The notes under the pieces are model-generated. The model did not search any database. It saw only the letters and a list, made by a program, of their open reading frames with translations, and had not been told where the DNA came from. A program made the translations under genes and the position numbers. A DNA stretch of 63,448 bases, filler included, from Octopus bimaculoides (taxonomy: Eukaryota): the NCBI RefSeq assembly GCF_001194135.2. It is 4 parts of 4 records of this genome, joined end to end, with 100 filler letters (N's around TTAATTAATTAA, not from the genome) between each part and the next. Parts side by side here need not be neighbours in the genome. Positions count along the whole stretch, not along the records: positions 1 to 23,847 come from NC_069009.1; 3 more parts are not named here. One strand, 5' to 3'. How positions within the stretch are numbered: the stretch's first letter is position 1; each line of letters starts with the position of its first letter. Below are positions 1 to 11,744 of the stretch, piece after piece.

Positions 1-109
1 TTTCTTACATTTTCTTTTTGAAAAAAAACCGTTTACATCGATTCCTCCCCCCCCCCAACCCCACCACATCCCACATCTCACACAGATCGTGACGTCGACA
101 ATGAAATGT

Positions 110-595
110 CTTGCATGTAGCAGTAATGGTGAGAAATTGATTAGTGGTAGTGATGGCTACGGTGTTGGTGCTAGTAGATTAGTGGTTATGGTGTTGGAGG
201 TAGCTGTACTGGTGGTCGTCGAAGTGGTAAATAGCGGTGGTTAGGGTTTTTGTGCCTGTATTAGTGGTGCGGGTTGTAGATTCATGGTGAGGGTGGTTGT
301 AGTCAACTTAGAAATAGTGGTGATGGTTGTAGTGTTGGTGGTTGTATAGTCTAGGAGTAGTAGATATAGAAGTAATGGTTGTAGTGTGGGTGGTATTCTT
401 AGTGATATTGATTGTTGTAAATTACGAGTCGCTTCGGTTGTAGTGTTGGCCGTAGTAGATATAAATGTAGTGGTTGTTGTGCAGGTGGTAGACTTAGTGG
501 TGTCGGTGGTCGTAATATTTGTTTTGGTAATAGTTGGACAGAAAGTAGAGGTGACGGCGGTAGTAGTGCTGTTAGTGTGCAGTTGCTGCATGGTG
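110..595. repeat. Degenerate (GGT/GTA)n trinucleotide low-complexity tract
   Basis: Visible GGT/AGT/TGT triplet periodicity; yields Val-rich and Thr-rich pseudo-ORFs on the two strands. Confidence 0.85.
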
Positions 596-864
596 TCCTC
601 TCCCAGCAGTTTTCTTTAAAAGTGGATGAGTGTGACACGAATGGCCCCAGCGAACATGTAAACATGTACCTCTTGACTAGGATAGATGAAGTGGAGAAGG
701 TACTTGCCCTAGAAGTCAGGGCGATCGTGCTATTTGCGGGGTTTCCATGAACAGCCCTTGGAAGCCTCCCTCTTTTCAACGATTAAATCCCACTTGTCCG
801 GTGCCGTCCCTAATATTTTATATAAACCCTCAGTGGTGAATAACGAACAGAACATTATTATTAA

Positions 865-1020
865 AACGGCGAGCTGGCAGAGTCGTTAGCGCGCTGGACG
901 AAATGCTTAACGGTATTTCGCCTGTTGCTACACTCTGAGTTCAAATTCCGCCGAGGTCGATGTAATAGACCCATCTCCCCTCCCCAAAATTATTGCCCCT
1001 TGAGGCAAAATTTGAAACCA
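865..1020 (+). mobile_element. tRNA-headed SINE (family A), internally deleted copy
   Basis: Head GGCGAGCTGGCAGAGTCGTTAG (A-box-like) and GAGTTCAAATTCC (B-box-like). The body jumps from GAGGTCGA straight to TGTAATAGAC, i.e. a deletion between two GGTCGA repeats relative to the copies at 2368-3055. Followed by (ATT)n. Confidence 0.85.
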
Positions 1021-1044
1021 TTATTATTATTATCATTATTATTA

Positions 1045-1425
1045 AACAAAAGCCTGCCTTGCAGCAAATTGGCAGAAGCCAAGCGCACACAAGGTGGACA
1101 GAAAAAAGTGTTTCAAAGACCCACTCAAAGCCTCACTGAAGAGCTTTTACAGATTAACCTCAACAGCTGGGAAATGCAAACACAGGATTGCTCTGCTTGG
1201 TATAGCTGCACCAACAGAAGTGCCACCTCCTACAAACAGAATAGGATCATAAGAGCACAAAGAAAATGTGAACTGTGCATGTCCAGAGCCAACTCTTTGA
1301 CTTCATTCGCAGCAAAGCCTTCCCAGCATGCATCAGCCTGATCAGCCACGGTCAGACGCCCCGCGACCCACCTTCTTCTCCCATCCCATGTCCTGGTCAT
1401 TGTCGACAACGAAGGACGAACATCA
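1045..1425 (+). mobile_element. RTE-clade LINE 3' fragment, frameshifted
   Basis: Translation gives KRTQGGQKK..., NLNSWEMQTQDCSAWYSCTNRSATSYKQNRIIRAQRKCEL, then ISLISH, matching the RTE ORF C-terminus pattern. Ends GTCGACAACGAAGGACGAAC before an ATT tail. Confidence 0.8.
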
Positions 1426-1749
1426 TTATTACTAGTTTTATCATCATTCTCAACATGTAGCAAAAATGGCCTTACTCTTAAGTAATGTGCCTGTAGATTG
1501 GAGAGCAAGAGAGAGAGGGCTCGTACCTTTGGTGGTCAGGTTAATCCTGGGTCTGTGGGGTCCCTTGATTAGCCCTTGTTGGAGTTTCTCTTATATCAGG
1601 GAGGACTTCATCATTCATTAACCAACTTTCTATACAATGTATCCTTTTATCGCATTTCATCGTCTTTTCCATTTCTTTCTCGCCACACAAATTGTTGCCT
1701 GACTTCGAGATGTTCTCTTCGTTTATGCCCCTGTAACTAATGAAACTTT

Positions 1750-1763
1750 TATTATTATTATTA

Positions 1764-1818
<55 letters not shown>

Positions 1819-1840
1819 CATTATTATTATTATTATTATT
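1750..1840. repeat. (ATT)n microsatellite
   Basis: Near-perfect ATT run. Confidence 0.95.
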
Positions 1841-2350
1841 GAGTCAGAGAGCAGTGCATGCCATCAAAGTGACACAGGGGTAAAATATACAAAGCCCATT
1901 ATACCCATCATGACTACCCGTCTGATAAGGGTACACCAGGGACATGCATCACAACCATATGTGCGCAACATGGTGATCTCATATCAAGATAAACAGCGCA
2001 TGACCTCGCAGGTGGGGCCCAGTTAGAATTTTCTTCAGGTCGAATAGCCCATCCCGCTCAAAAGGTTTGTTTAAGGATGTTGAGCAAAACACCCATGTTT
2101 CCAAAGGTGAATTATTCAAACCCCAAAGAATTCCTCTCAACACATGGCTATGATGCTCTCCCACTACTTCTGCTCATGATCAGAGATACACATATTGTCA
2201 GCCATCAAGGGACATGCTCAACAGGTTATGGTCAAACAACTGACAAGCAAATCTGTGGTATTAAGCAGAATATTTGCTATAGCTCATCTTTTATACTAAG
2301 ACAAAACAATATACATGATAACACTTCCAATCAAGATCAGAAGCCATGAG
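1841..2350 (-). mobile_element. Probable retroelement 3' region with (AAT)n tail, family unassigned
   Basis: Non-coding complex sequence abutting the (AAT)n run on the minus strand; no protein motif seen. Confidence 0.35.
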
Positions 2351-2367
2351 GGTCAATTCCTGGTACC

Positions 2368-3055
2368 AAGACGGCGAGCTGACAGAATCGTTACCACACC
2401 GGGCGAAATGCTTAGCCATACTTCGTCTGCCGCTATGTTCTGAGATCAAATTCCTCCGAGGTTAACTTTGCCTTTCATCCTTTCGGGGTCGATAAATTAA
2501 GTAGCAGTGAAATACTGGAGTCGATGTAATCGACTCATCCCCATTCCCCAAAATAACTGCCCTTGTGCAAATTTTGACACCATTATTATTATTATTATTA
2601 TCATTATTAATAATAATAAGGCGGTGAGCTCGCGGAATCATTGGCACGCCGGACGAAATGCTTAGCGGTATTTCGTCCGTCTTCATGTTTGAGTTCGAAT
2701 TCCGCCGAGGCCGACTTTGCCTTTTATCCTTTCGGGATCAAAAAATTAAGTCAATGTAATCGACCAGTCCCCTCTCCCTAAATTCCAGCCCTTGTACCTA
2801 TAGTAGAAAGGATCATTATTAATATTATTATTAAGGTAGTGAGCTGGTAGAATCGTTGGCACGCCGGACAAAATGTCTGGCGGTATTTCGTCCGTCTTTA
2901 CGTTTTGAGTTCAAATTCCGCCGAGGTCGACTTTATCTTTCATCTTTTCGGGGTCGATAAATTAAGTACCAGCTGAGCATTGGGGTGAGGGGGTTGATGT
3001 AATCGACTAACCCCCTCCCCCTAACTTGCTGGCCTTGTGCCAAAATTTTAAGCTA
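2368..3055 (+). mobile_element. Three head-to-tail family A SINE copies separated by (ATT)n
   Basis: Heads at about 2368, 2618 and 2833, each with A/B boxes and the body GAGGTCGACTTTGCCTTTCATCCTTTCGGGGTCGATAAATTAAGTA. Confidence 0.9.
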
Positions 3056-3099
3056 TTATTAATTAGTGATATTGTTAGTGATCGGTAGTTTTTTCATCG

Positions 3100-3115
3100 T
3101 AGCGTATTATTATAG

Positions 3116-3170
<55 letters not shown>

Positions 3171-3370
3171 AACTGCACCAACATTACCATGGCCATCACC
3201 AATAGCAACACCACCACCATCCCTGCTACCACCTCCCACCATCAAGCGCCATCACCATCACCATCATTAACCCTAGCTGGAGCAATATCATCACCACTCT
3301 CGGCGTCTTTCACATCACCACCACCAACACAAACCACCATCACCGCCGCCCCAGCACTAAGTATTACTCT

Positions 3371-3411
<41 letters not shown>

Positions 3412-3651
3412 TCACTCACGCATAAAACTCATACATACACACACATTTAATTAAATTATTTTAACCATTATTATTATTATTCATTATTTCTATTTTATCA
3501 TTTATATTATCACTAATTAAAAATATTATTAAAGAAACGATTATTATTATAATCATAATCATTATTATTATCATCATCATCATCACTATTATTATTATTA
3601 TTATTATTATCATTATTATTATTATTATGATTATTATTATTATCATCACTA

Positions 3652-3688
<37 letters not shown>

Positions 3689-3730
3689 CATCTTAATATT
3701 ATTGTTGTTGTTAATTATTGCATTAATCAT
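3100..3730. repeat. Compound microsatellite block (TAC, CAC, CA, ATT)
   Basis: Directly visible simple repeats. Confidence 0.9.
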
Positions 3731-4039
3731 TATTAGTGTTTGTTGACTGTGAAAGCAATATCGCTGTTCGGCACGTGTGTAAATAAACAGCGTGTATATT
3801 TTCATAGACCATTGTGTGTGTGTGCTTGCGTATGTTAGTCTTTACTAATTTACATACAGCGAAACTCACAAAGTTTTATATATCTGTGCGTAAAAATGTG
3901 TGTGTGCGTATGTGTGTTTCAATGCAGTAACTGTGTACGAATACACATATACATATGCATACATATATTATTCTTTATGCATGTGTGCCTATAGTTGAAT
4001 CATCAGATGCATTCTTATCTAATGAATATATATATATAT

Positions 4040-4230
4040 ATGGGAGAATATACGAAAAAACAACAGATGAGGACAGGTGGTGTAAATAACAAAAAGATGT
4101 ATTAGTATGACGCTCGGGAATACGGAAAGTCTTTGACGTTTCGAGCTACGCTCTTCAACAGAAAGAATACGGAGACAAGGAGAAAAACACGGAGAAAAAA
4201 AATTGAATAGTGTCCAGTCAACGGTCAATC
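4040..4230 (-). mobile_element. Penelope-like pseudo-LTR fragment
   Basis: Carries a minimal hammerhead-like motif of the kind found in Penelope-like element pLTRs; no ORF. Confidence 0.55.
4130..4166 (-). ncRNA. Minimal type I hammerhead-ribozyme-like motif (variant core)
   Basis: Minus strand reads UCUUU CUGUUGA A GAGC-GUA-GCUC GAAA CGUC AAAGA: 5-bp helix I, 4-bp helix II, palindromic ACGU helix III and a GUC cleavage triplet. The core has U at A6. Confidence 0.6.
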
Positions 4231-4238
4231 ATAATAAT

Positions 4239-4279
<41 letters not shown>

Positions 4280-4877
4280 CCGGTCTGATCAATAAGTACC
4301 TGGACTGTTGCCATAGTAACGAAGCTAAAACACGCAAAGGGAAGCCGCTTGGTAAGGATTGACCTTGAACATGCGCACTAAGTTTTAATGTTCTAGCTCA
4401 CTTCGGCTGTTTACAGCAGTGCTTGGAAGGAAGATGTGTAGCGTGTGATCGTCGCATTGACCATGACAAAGAAAGTTGTCTGGGCAATATCTGTTCAGAA
4501 GCCTTCGCAAACTTGCAGAAAGTGTATGGAGACGAGTGTATGATCCGCACCCAAGTGTATAAGTGATTCAGACGTTTCGAAGATGGCCGAAAAAGTGTCG
4601 ATATTGACGAACGTTCTTGGAGACCCGCAACCAGCAGAACTGAGAAAAACATCGCAGATGTGCATACAGCTGTGAGGAGAAATCGTTAAAGGATCATCTG
4701 TGAGTTATCAGAGGATGTGCAGTTCAGTCCATTATTGGTGAAGATTTGGCTACGAGACGCGCGTCTGCCAAGTTTGTGCCAAAACTGCTTTCAACTGACC
4801 AAAAAGACACTCGGATTTCAGTTACACAATATCTCCTTGATTGTGTCAAGAACGATGAAGACTTTTTGAAAACTTTA
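4280..4877 (+). mobile_element. Mariner transposon 5' half, transposase pseudogene
   Basis: Starts after (TA)n. Translation: CSEAFANLQKVYGDECMIRTQVYK*FRRFEDGRKSVDIDER...ASAKFVPKLLSTDQKDTR (HTH region plus WVPHEL-equivalent motif); stops and indels present. Confidence 0.9.
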
Positions 4878-5022
4878 TGTAGGCCTCTGAGCAGGTATCA
4901 CCAAGCTTTTGGTAAACTTTTATGCAGATTTTCAGCTCAACTTTCTCTGTCATGGCCAATACGACGATCACACGTTACACACCTTCCTTCCAAGCACTGC
5001 TGTTAAAAGCGGAAGTGAGCTA
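4878..5022 (-). mobile_element. Inverted fragment of the same mariner 5' region
   Basis: 4938-5022 is a diverged reverse complement of about 4394-4478. The minus strand continues ELKICIKVYQKLGDTCSEAY. Confidence 0.85.
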
Positions 5023-5129
5023 TGCATGTCTATTCATTGGGTTTGTTTGTGTGTGTGTGTGTATGTCTTTGTGTTTGTCCTTGTCTCCCACGACCACTTG
5101 GCAACCGGTGTAGGTTCGTTTACGTCCTC

Positions 5130-5435
5130 GTTGTCGTGGCTGTTCGTCAAAAGTAACCGAGAGAATACGTGCGTGGTTGTGGCTTTGAACTGGTTGATCC
5201 TCCTCCCTATTCTCCTGATTTGGCCCCATCTGTTCTCCAGCGTAACAAAACACTTGGCTGGGGACCAGTATCGCAGGGATGATGACGTCATATCTTGTTG
5301 ACTTTTTTGAGCAACCGGATGTACGTTTCTTCACCAATGAGATCCAAGGATTGCAACACCAATGGAAGAAGTGTGTCGACTGCAAGTGGGGGACGATGTT
5401 GAAAAATTAACCTCATTTGGTCACATTCTGCTGAA
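5130..5435 (+). mobile_element. Mariner 3' fragment, copy 1
   Basis: CGFELVDPPPYSPDLAPS (YSPDL motif) ... KHLAGDQYRRDDDVIS ... IQGLQHQWKKCVDCK. Confidence 0.9.
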
Positions 5436-5469
5436 GCAATTACAAACGGCCGGCAAAACCAAATGCCCA

Positions 5470-5799
5470 GAAAAACTGATGAAAGGGGTCTTGTTTCATG
5501 AAGACAAGGCCCCAGCACACAAGTTCCTGGTTTCCATGGCTGCTGAGCATGACTGTGGTTGATTATCCTCCCCCTTCTCTTGATTTGGTCCCATCTGACT
5601 GTCATCTGTATTGCAATGATGATGACGTCATATCTGACGTTGAAGACGTTTGTTGACCGAGAGAATGAGAGCTTTTTCACCAATGGGATTTAAGCATTGC
5701 ACCACTGATGGAAGAAGCTGTGTTGAAAAATGAACCTCTTTTGGTCACATTCCATGAGAGTATCTTGGTCAGCCTATGAACTTTTCAGCTGCCCCTCGT
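5470..5799 (+). mobile_element. Mariner 3' fragment, copy 2, with right TIR
   Basis: LMKGVLFHEDKAPAHKFLVSMAAEHDCG (LFHQDNAPAH-type motif), decayed SPDL region, terminal AACTTTTCAGCTGCCCCTCGT. Confidence 0.88.
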
Positions 5800-5859
5800 C
5801 TTGTATGATTTGAGGACTATTTGGCTGGTGTTTCTAGCAATTCCAGGAACAACGTAGAC

Positions 5860-6143
5860 CAGGGCTGGCCAACCTGAGGCCCGCGGGCCGCATCCAGCCC
5901 GCATTCTTTTATCTTGTTACTTTCTGGAAATGGGTTTATTTAAACAAACATTTTGAAAATTTTATCAAAAATTAAAGATTGTAATGAAAAGTAAAAATGC
6001 AAGACACTATTGTTTTTTCATGTCGAATCAACGATCATTCATTATTGTAATAATAGCATGAGAAAGCAAAATGCTTTCAATTCTGTCACTATACAAGCGG
6101 CCCTCAAAAAAACCCGTAATGTAATCCGAGTTGACCAAGCCTG
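5860..6143. mobile_element. hAT (Charlie-like) MITE with intact 8-bp TSD
   Basis: TIRs CAGGGCTGGCCAAC / reverse complement CAGGCTTGGTCAAC; subterminal GGCCCGCGGGCCGC; perfect TSD ACGTAGAC at 5852-5859 and 6144-6151. Confidence 0.92.
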
Positions 6144-7284
6144 ACGTAGACTCTCCGTCTAGCAATGACCACATACGTTTAATTACAGGCTGTTGTTGTT
6201 GACGCGTCTGTCTTCAGTCCTTAAATTGTTTTACCCTTTTAAAAACAGGATTGAACAGAGTCAAGATAGATTTTCACTTCAGCCAAACGCTCAGTTTGTT
6301 TTAAGATCCTCATTTTGATGGCAACGGTGAAAAGGATTTTATGGTGGACAATGATTGTGGATGGTATAAAAGTAAATACAGGAGCGCTCTAGCCAGAGGA
6401 CTGCATCAAGCTCTGCTGTCTTCTGTGCCATGTTTTGATCGCTGGTCGTCCTTCCTAACACCAACCACTTTACAGGACTGGAAACAAACACAACAGGGCC
6501 AATCCTCACCAACTTCCCGAAGTTCTACTTACAGGGAGAGAGGTCCTGTGCTCTAGTGGTCTTGTGGCGGTGTTAGAATCGGAAAGAGCAGGCGATTCTC
6601 TTCTACCTGATTGTGAAAGAGACTATAATGATGAAATGGTTTCTCTGGCCACTCGAGACGATTGTAACCTTGAATGAAGTTCCTGCCCCTCGCATAGGCT
6701 CTGACTATGAAATAGGTCATGTGACTTTCCTCTGTCACAACCTGACCCCTCGATAATGATTGATTAAATGTGATACGATTGATGATACGACTGATGAAGG
6801 AATTGGCTGATGAAAATCTTCCATTTTCTGGCTGTTAATTCATTCTCATGCTGGTCGTTGGGGCTGCACCTCTCATAGGACCTGGTAATGAAATAGATCA
6901 TGTGATTTTTGTCTGTCACATCTTGACCCCTCGTTAATGACTGGTTAAATTCAGGATTGACTAAAAACTTTCGCTTTCCTCTTTGGTCAAATCCTCATCG
7001 ATTTTACAATTTCCACTTGGAAAGAAATGCGAGCATTGGGCGGGGATAGACTTTTTGAAAGGTGAGTAGCAGAAACAGCTGTAGTGGACGGCATTGCTCT
7101 GAGTATACAACTGTATTTCAGAAAACGACAGTTGGAGACGGAGGTTACCTTTGGGGGTCAGGATCCTCGATTGGCCCTAGATGTTGTCCGTTTCTGTCAG
7201 GAAATCATTATCACCACTACCTACACCACCACCATCGTCTTCATCACCTCTTCATCAATATTGGTTCCATATTTCGGGCGATAG

Positions 7285-7465
7285 GGTAAATTGATTACAT
7301 GGACCCCCAGTGTTCAAACTGCTTTTTTTTTTTTATTTTATCGACCCCCATAAAAGTCAAAGCCAACCTCAGTGGTATTTGAACTCAGAACGTTAAGTCA
7401 GAAGAACCGTCGCTAAGCATTTTGTCCGGCGCCATAACCATTCTGCTATCTTACCTCCTTCACCT
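7285..7465 (-). mobile_element. Family A SINE, diverged
   Basis: Reverse complement of the family A head and body (ATTTGAACTCAGAACG...GCTAAGCATTTTGTCCGGCG). Confidence 0.8.
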
Positions 7466-7599
7466 GTTCAACAATATTAAATCCTTGGTGACGTAACCGT
7501 TCGCTTTGTTGTTCTTGTTCTTGTTGTTTGCATTTCTGTTATCTTTCTTGCTGTATTTGTAATCTTCGGAATGTCATTCATGCTGTTATGGCGTTCACG

Positions 7600-7642
<43 letters not shown>

Positions 7643-7787
7643 CACCTGTTAAACAATGTTTAATCTTCTGTTAGGTGAAGTAGATTTTTTTTCTTTTTTT
7701 TTCTGTGTGTGTGTGTGTGTGTGTGGCCTTTGTTGTTGCTTCGTAGCTGTAATAAGTCGTTGTTGTTGTTCTTATTGATGCTGTCAC

Positions 7788-7827
<40 letters not shown>

Positions 7828-8239
7828 ATTGATGTAAATCTTAGGAATGTCAATAAAGGGTGTTATATTTGGTATTGTTGTTGATGTGTGTGCGTTTGTA
7901 TGGATCTGTTTGAATATACAAATGATTATATGGAACTGCGTGCATATATATATATGTGTGTGTGTATCTGCAATAAATGTGTGCATATATATATATATAA
8001 ATGTATATGTGTTGTATTTGTGTGTGTGTATAGGTATATATGTATCAATGTTTGCGTATATAGATGTGTGTGTGTGTGTATGTATATATATATATATATA
8101 TATATACACGTACATGGATATATTTCTATGTGTGTATATCTGCGTGTTATACGCATATGTAGGCACGCATAATTGTTATTTCATCTGCATTTTAAATAAA
8201 AAAAAGGAACATTTAATTTTCAGTTAGTTGACATTATTT

Positions 8240-8422
8240 TTCATCATCATCATCATCATCATCATCATTATCATTGTTGTTGTTGTTATTATTATTTGTA
8301 ATCAATCTTAGAAATGTCAATATGTTTCTGCTGCTGTTGTTGTTGTTGTTGTTGTTGTTGTAATGGCCGTCGTCGTCACATCTGCTGTGAAACAATGTGC
8401 AATTTACAGTTAGATTGCGGCC

Positions 8423-8465
<43 letters not shown>

Positions 8466-8752
8466 CATCTTTCGGAATGCGTTATATGTTATTTGGCGTT
8501 GAAGATGTTGTATACACTTGCTTAAAATCACCACCACCACCACTACTATCATCATCATCGTCATCATCGGCAGCAGCAGCAACCGGCACCGCAATCTTCA
8601 TCATCAGCATCATCATCATCATTACTACCACCAACGTCATCACATCACCATCGCCACCACCACCACCACCACCACCAACCATCAACAGCAGCAGCAGCAC
8701 CACCACCACCACCACGACTATCATCTTCACCATCACCACTATTCTTCCTCAT
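8240..8752. repeat. Compound CAT/GTT/CAC/CAG microsatellite block
   Basis: Directly visible; runs into an N gap. Confidence 0.9.
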
Positions 8753-9687
8753 NNNNNNNNNNNNNNNNNNNNNNNNNNNNNNNNNNNNNNNNNNNNNNNN
8801 NNNNNNNNNNNNNNNNNNNNNNNNNNNNNNNNNNNNNNNNNNNNNNNNNNNNNNNNNNNNNNNNNNNNNNNNNNNNNNNNNNNNNNNNNNNNNNNNNNNN
8901 NNNNNNNNNNNNNNNNNNNNNNNNNNNNNNNNNNNNNNNNNNNNNNNNNNNNNNNNNNNNNNNNNNNNNNNNNNNNNNNNNNNNNNNNNNNNNNNNNNNN
9001 NNNNNNNNNNNNNNNNNNNNNNNNNNNNNNNNNNNNNNNNNNNNNNNNNNNNNNNNNNNNNNNNNNNNNNNNNNNNNNNNNNNNNNNNNNNNNNNNNNNN
9101 NNNNNNNNNNNNNNNNNNNNNNNNNNNNNNNNNNNNNNNNNNNNNNNNNNNNNNNNNNNNNNNNNNNNNNNNNNNNNNNNNNNNNNNNNNNNNNNNNNNN
9201 NNNNNNNNNNNNNNNNNNNNNNNNNNNNNNNNNNNNNNNNNNNNNNNNNNNNNNNNNNNNNNNNNNNNNNNNNNNNNNNNNNNNNNNNNNNNNNNNNNNN
9301 NNNNNNNNNNNNNNNNNNNNNNNNNNNNNNNNNNNNNNNNNNNNNNNNNNNNNNNNNNNNNNNNNNNNNNNNNNNNNNNNNNNNNNNNNNNNNNNNNNNN
9401 NNNNNNNNNNNNNNNNNNNNNNNNNNNNNNNNNNNNNNNNNNNNNNNNNNNNNNNNNNNNNNNNNNNNNNNNNNNNNNNNNNNNNNNNNNNNNNNNNNNN
9501 NNNNNNNNNNNNNNNNNNNNNNNNNNNNNNNNNNNNNNNNNNNNNNNNNNNNNNNNNNNNNNNNNNNNNNNNNNNNNNNNNNNNNNNNTGTGTATATAAT
9601 ATATAGCCTGCAGTATATGCGTGATTTTTAAGTATTAGCACGTCTCTTCGCGTGTATATGCATCCCAGTGCGTTCTTTTATATATGC

Positions 9688-9723
<36 letters not shown>

Positions 9724-10126
9724 CATGCATGCATATACACACGGTGGCGGTGGGGCTATCGCTAATTGTGACTCACTCTTGTTATACATTCCTATCGCGT
9801 ATTATTGTTTGAGTGTGTGTGTGTATGTATGTATGTGTGTATACATACTGTTTGTTTGTGTATAAAGAGTGAGTATGCGCGTATACGTACACATATAGTT
9901 TCATGTACATATATAGGAGCACAGATTTCTAAGTTATGTGTGTGTTTTTATGCCTTTTGAAAAATGTGTGTGTGAGTGTGTGTGTGTTTGAAAAAAGGTG
10001 TCTGCTTTTATGTACATGTATGTTCGTGTATGTTTATGTGTGTATTAATTTATGTATTAATGTAGTATCTTGATGGAAATCTTTCATTTTTACACCACGT
10101 CACGCATCAAATATGCTTATATGACG

Positions 10127-10159
<33 letters not shown>

Positions 10160-10399
10160 TGGATGTGTTGTTAAGACGCTCCCTTTGCAGCCACGTGCTC
10201 TCGGGTTCAATCCCAATGAACAGAAACTTGTGCAAGTCTTTAATGTGATCCTAGGTCGACCTTGTGAGTAAATTTGGTAAACGGAAACTGTGTGATATCC
10301 ATTGTATGTATGTGCATTCGCTCTCTTACTCTAAAAGCAACTATAGGTGGCAGCACTAACAGACCCCAGTCGAATTTCCCTCGCGCACGCGTGTGTATA

Positions 10400-11300
10400 T
10401 ACATGGATCAGAACAATTTGATTCAAATTCGTTGGTACTCCGAGTTTCAAGCGTGATGCGAATTTTCAGCCATTTTGAATTTGGATGAAAGAGTTCCGCG
10501 TCTCCAAAACGACTACCGCCAACCTGACTACGGTCGTATTCTTGGACGTAACCTTAGACCTGAACACAGGCAAGTATTACCCGTTCAGGAAATCTAGCGA
10601 GGAAACCGTATACATCCACAAGAACTCAAACCATGCCTCCGTTGTAATGCCTGAAAACTGGTTTCAGGCATTAGCAAACGACTATCCAATCTCTTGACCA
10701 ATAGTGATATCTTCAACAACCCCCACCCACCTACTACAATGATGCTTTGGCTAGGAGCGGGTATACTGAGAAGCTCTCAGCCCCCAAGCACTCTCTCCTC
10801 ACCTCAAAAGGATTAGGAAAAGGGAAATTGTATAACACCCCTTCCAACCTAGAAGTTTCCACCTACGTACCTAGGGGCTTCCTGTCGTTAATTAAGAAAT
10901 ACTTCTCCAGAGGCCACAAGTATTACAAACTCTTCAATCCCCATAATGTCAAGGTGAGCTACTCCTGCTTAGACAACATCAACAGACGTAAAAATGCACC
11001 TGCACCATACCCAACCCCAACCTGCAACTTCCTAAACCCTACCATGTGCCCTCTAGAAGGATCCTGCCTCTCAAGGGCCGTGGTAGACAGTGCCATCCTT
11101 ACACCATCTGATGACATTACTAAGCCCTATACGGGTATGACAGCGACAGCTAATGACTTCGAGGGAAGACACTCCCAGCATAAGCACTCGTTCAGATCCA
11201 GGGACAGAGAGAACTCTACTTCCCTGTTTCATTTTCTCTGGAGACTCCGTGACCTTTGAGACGAAACACCCAGCATCAAATGGACTTCCTTTCACTCTGT
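10400..11300 (+). mobile_element. Penelope-like retroelement (Naiad/Neptune-type): RT C-terminus, linker and GIY-YIG endonuclease, pseudogenised
   Basis: ORFs 10485-10697 (NLTTVVFLDVTLDLNTGKYYPFRK...YIHKNSNH) and 10747-11259 (KLFNPHNVKVSYSC; CNFLNPTMCPLEGSCL; VVDSA...PYTGMT; FEGRHSQHKHSFR). The Cys motif and degenerate GIY-YIG are typical of this group. Confidence 0.85.
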
Positions 11301-11744
11301 TGCTCCAGGCTTCTCTACTGTAAATGGATACCATTCGGGTACTTGGTGCAGCCCCTTCACTCCTTTTCTTGCTGTTATATTGTCCATATTCTTCTGGGAC
11401 CACATGCGTAGAGGGGCGGAAAAGGCGTTTATCTCTGATCACGATTTTAAAGACTTCCTAAAAACAATTAGCGAAAGCATGAAAAAAATTCATTAATCGA
11501 CAACATGGAGTTAATAGGTTACAAATTGCATCAGCAAACTCCAAAACACAAGAACTGAAGAATTCTATTGGTCAAGAAATTGGATGAGTGGAACCAGAAA
11601 TATTAAAGTAACACTATTTGGAAAGCATATTCATCCCCCCAAAATGCACATCTGATGGTCACCTTTTTATAGTTCCTTAAAGTTCATCGCTTCCTATGGC
11701 GTATGGGCCAACGACAGCTTTTTTCCACTTTTCTCAACTCCGAG

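Noticed and set aside
6785-6830. Hammerhead from two CTGATGA motifs
   Set aside because: No helix II/GAAA/helix III arrangement follows either core.
6955-7067. Exon ending at the strong donor AAG|GTGAGT (7061/7062)
   Set aside because: With the nearest acceptor (6954) all three frames contain stops, and there is no supporting homology.
8423-9641. Long ORFs of 300-470 aa (also 13684-15099, 17239-17997, 19014-20268, 28428-29332 and others)
   Set aside because: They stay open only because they run through N gaps and simple repeats.
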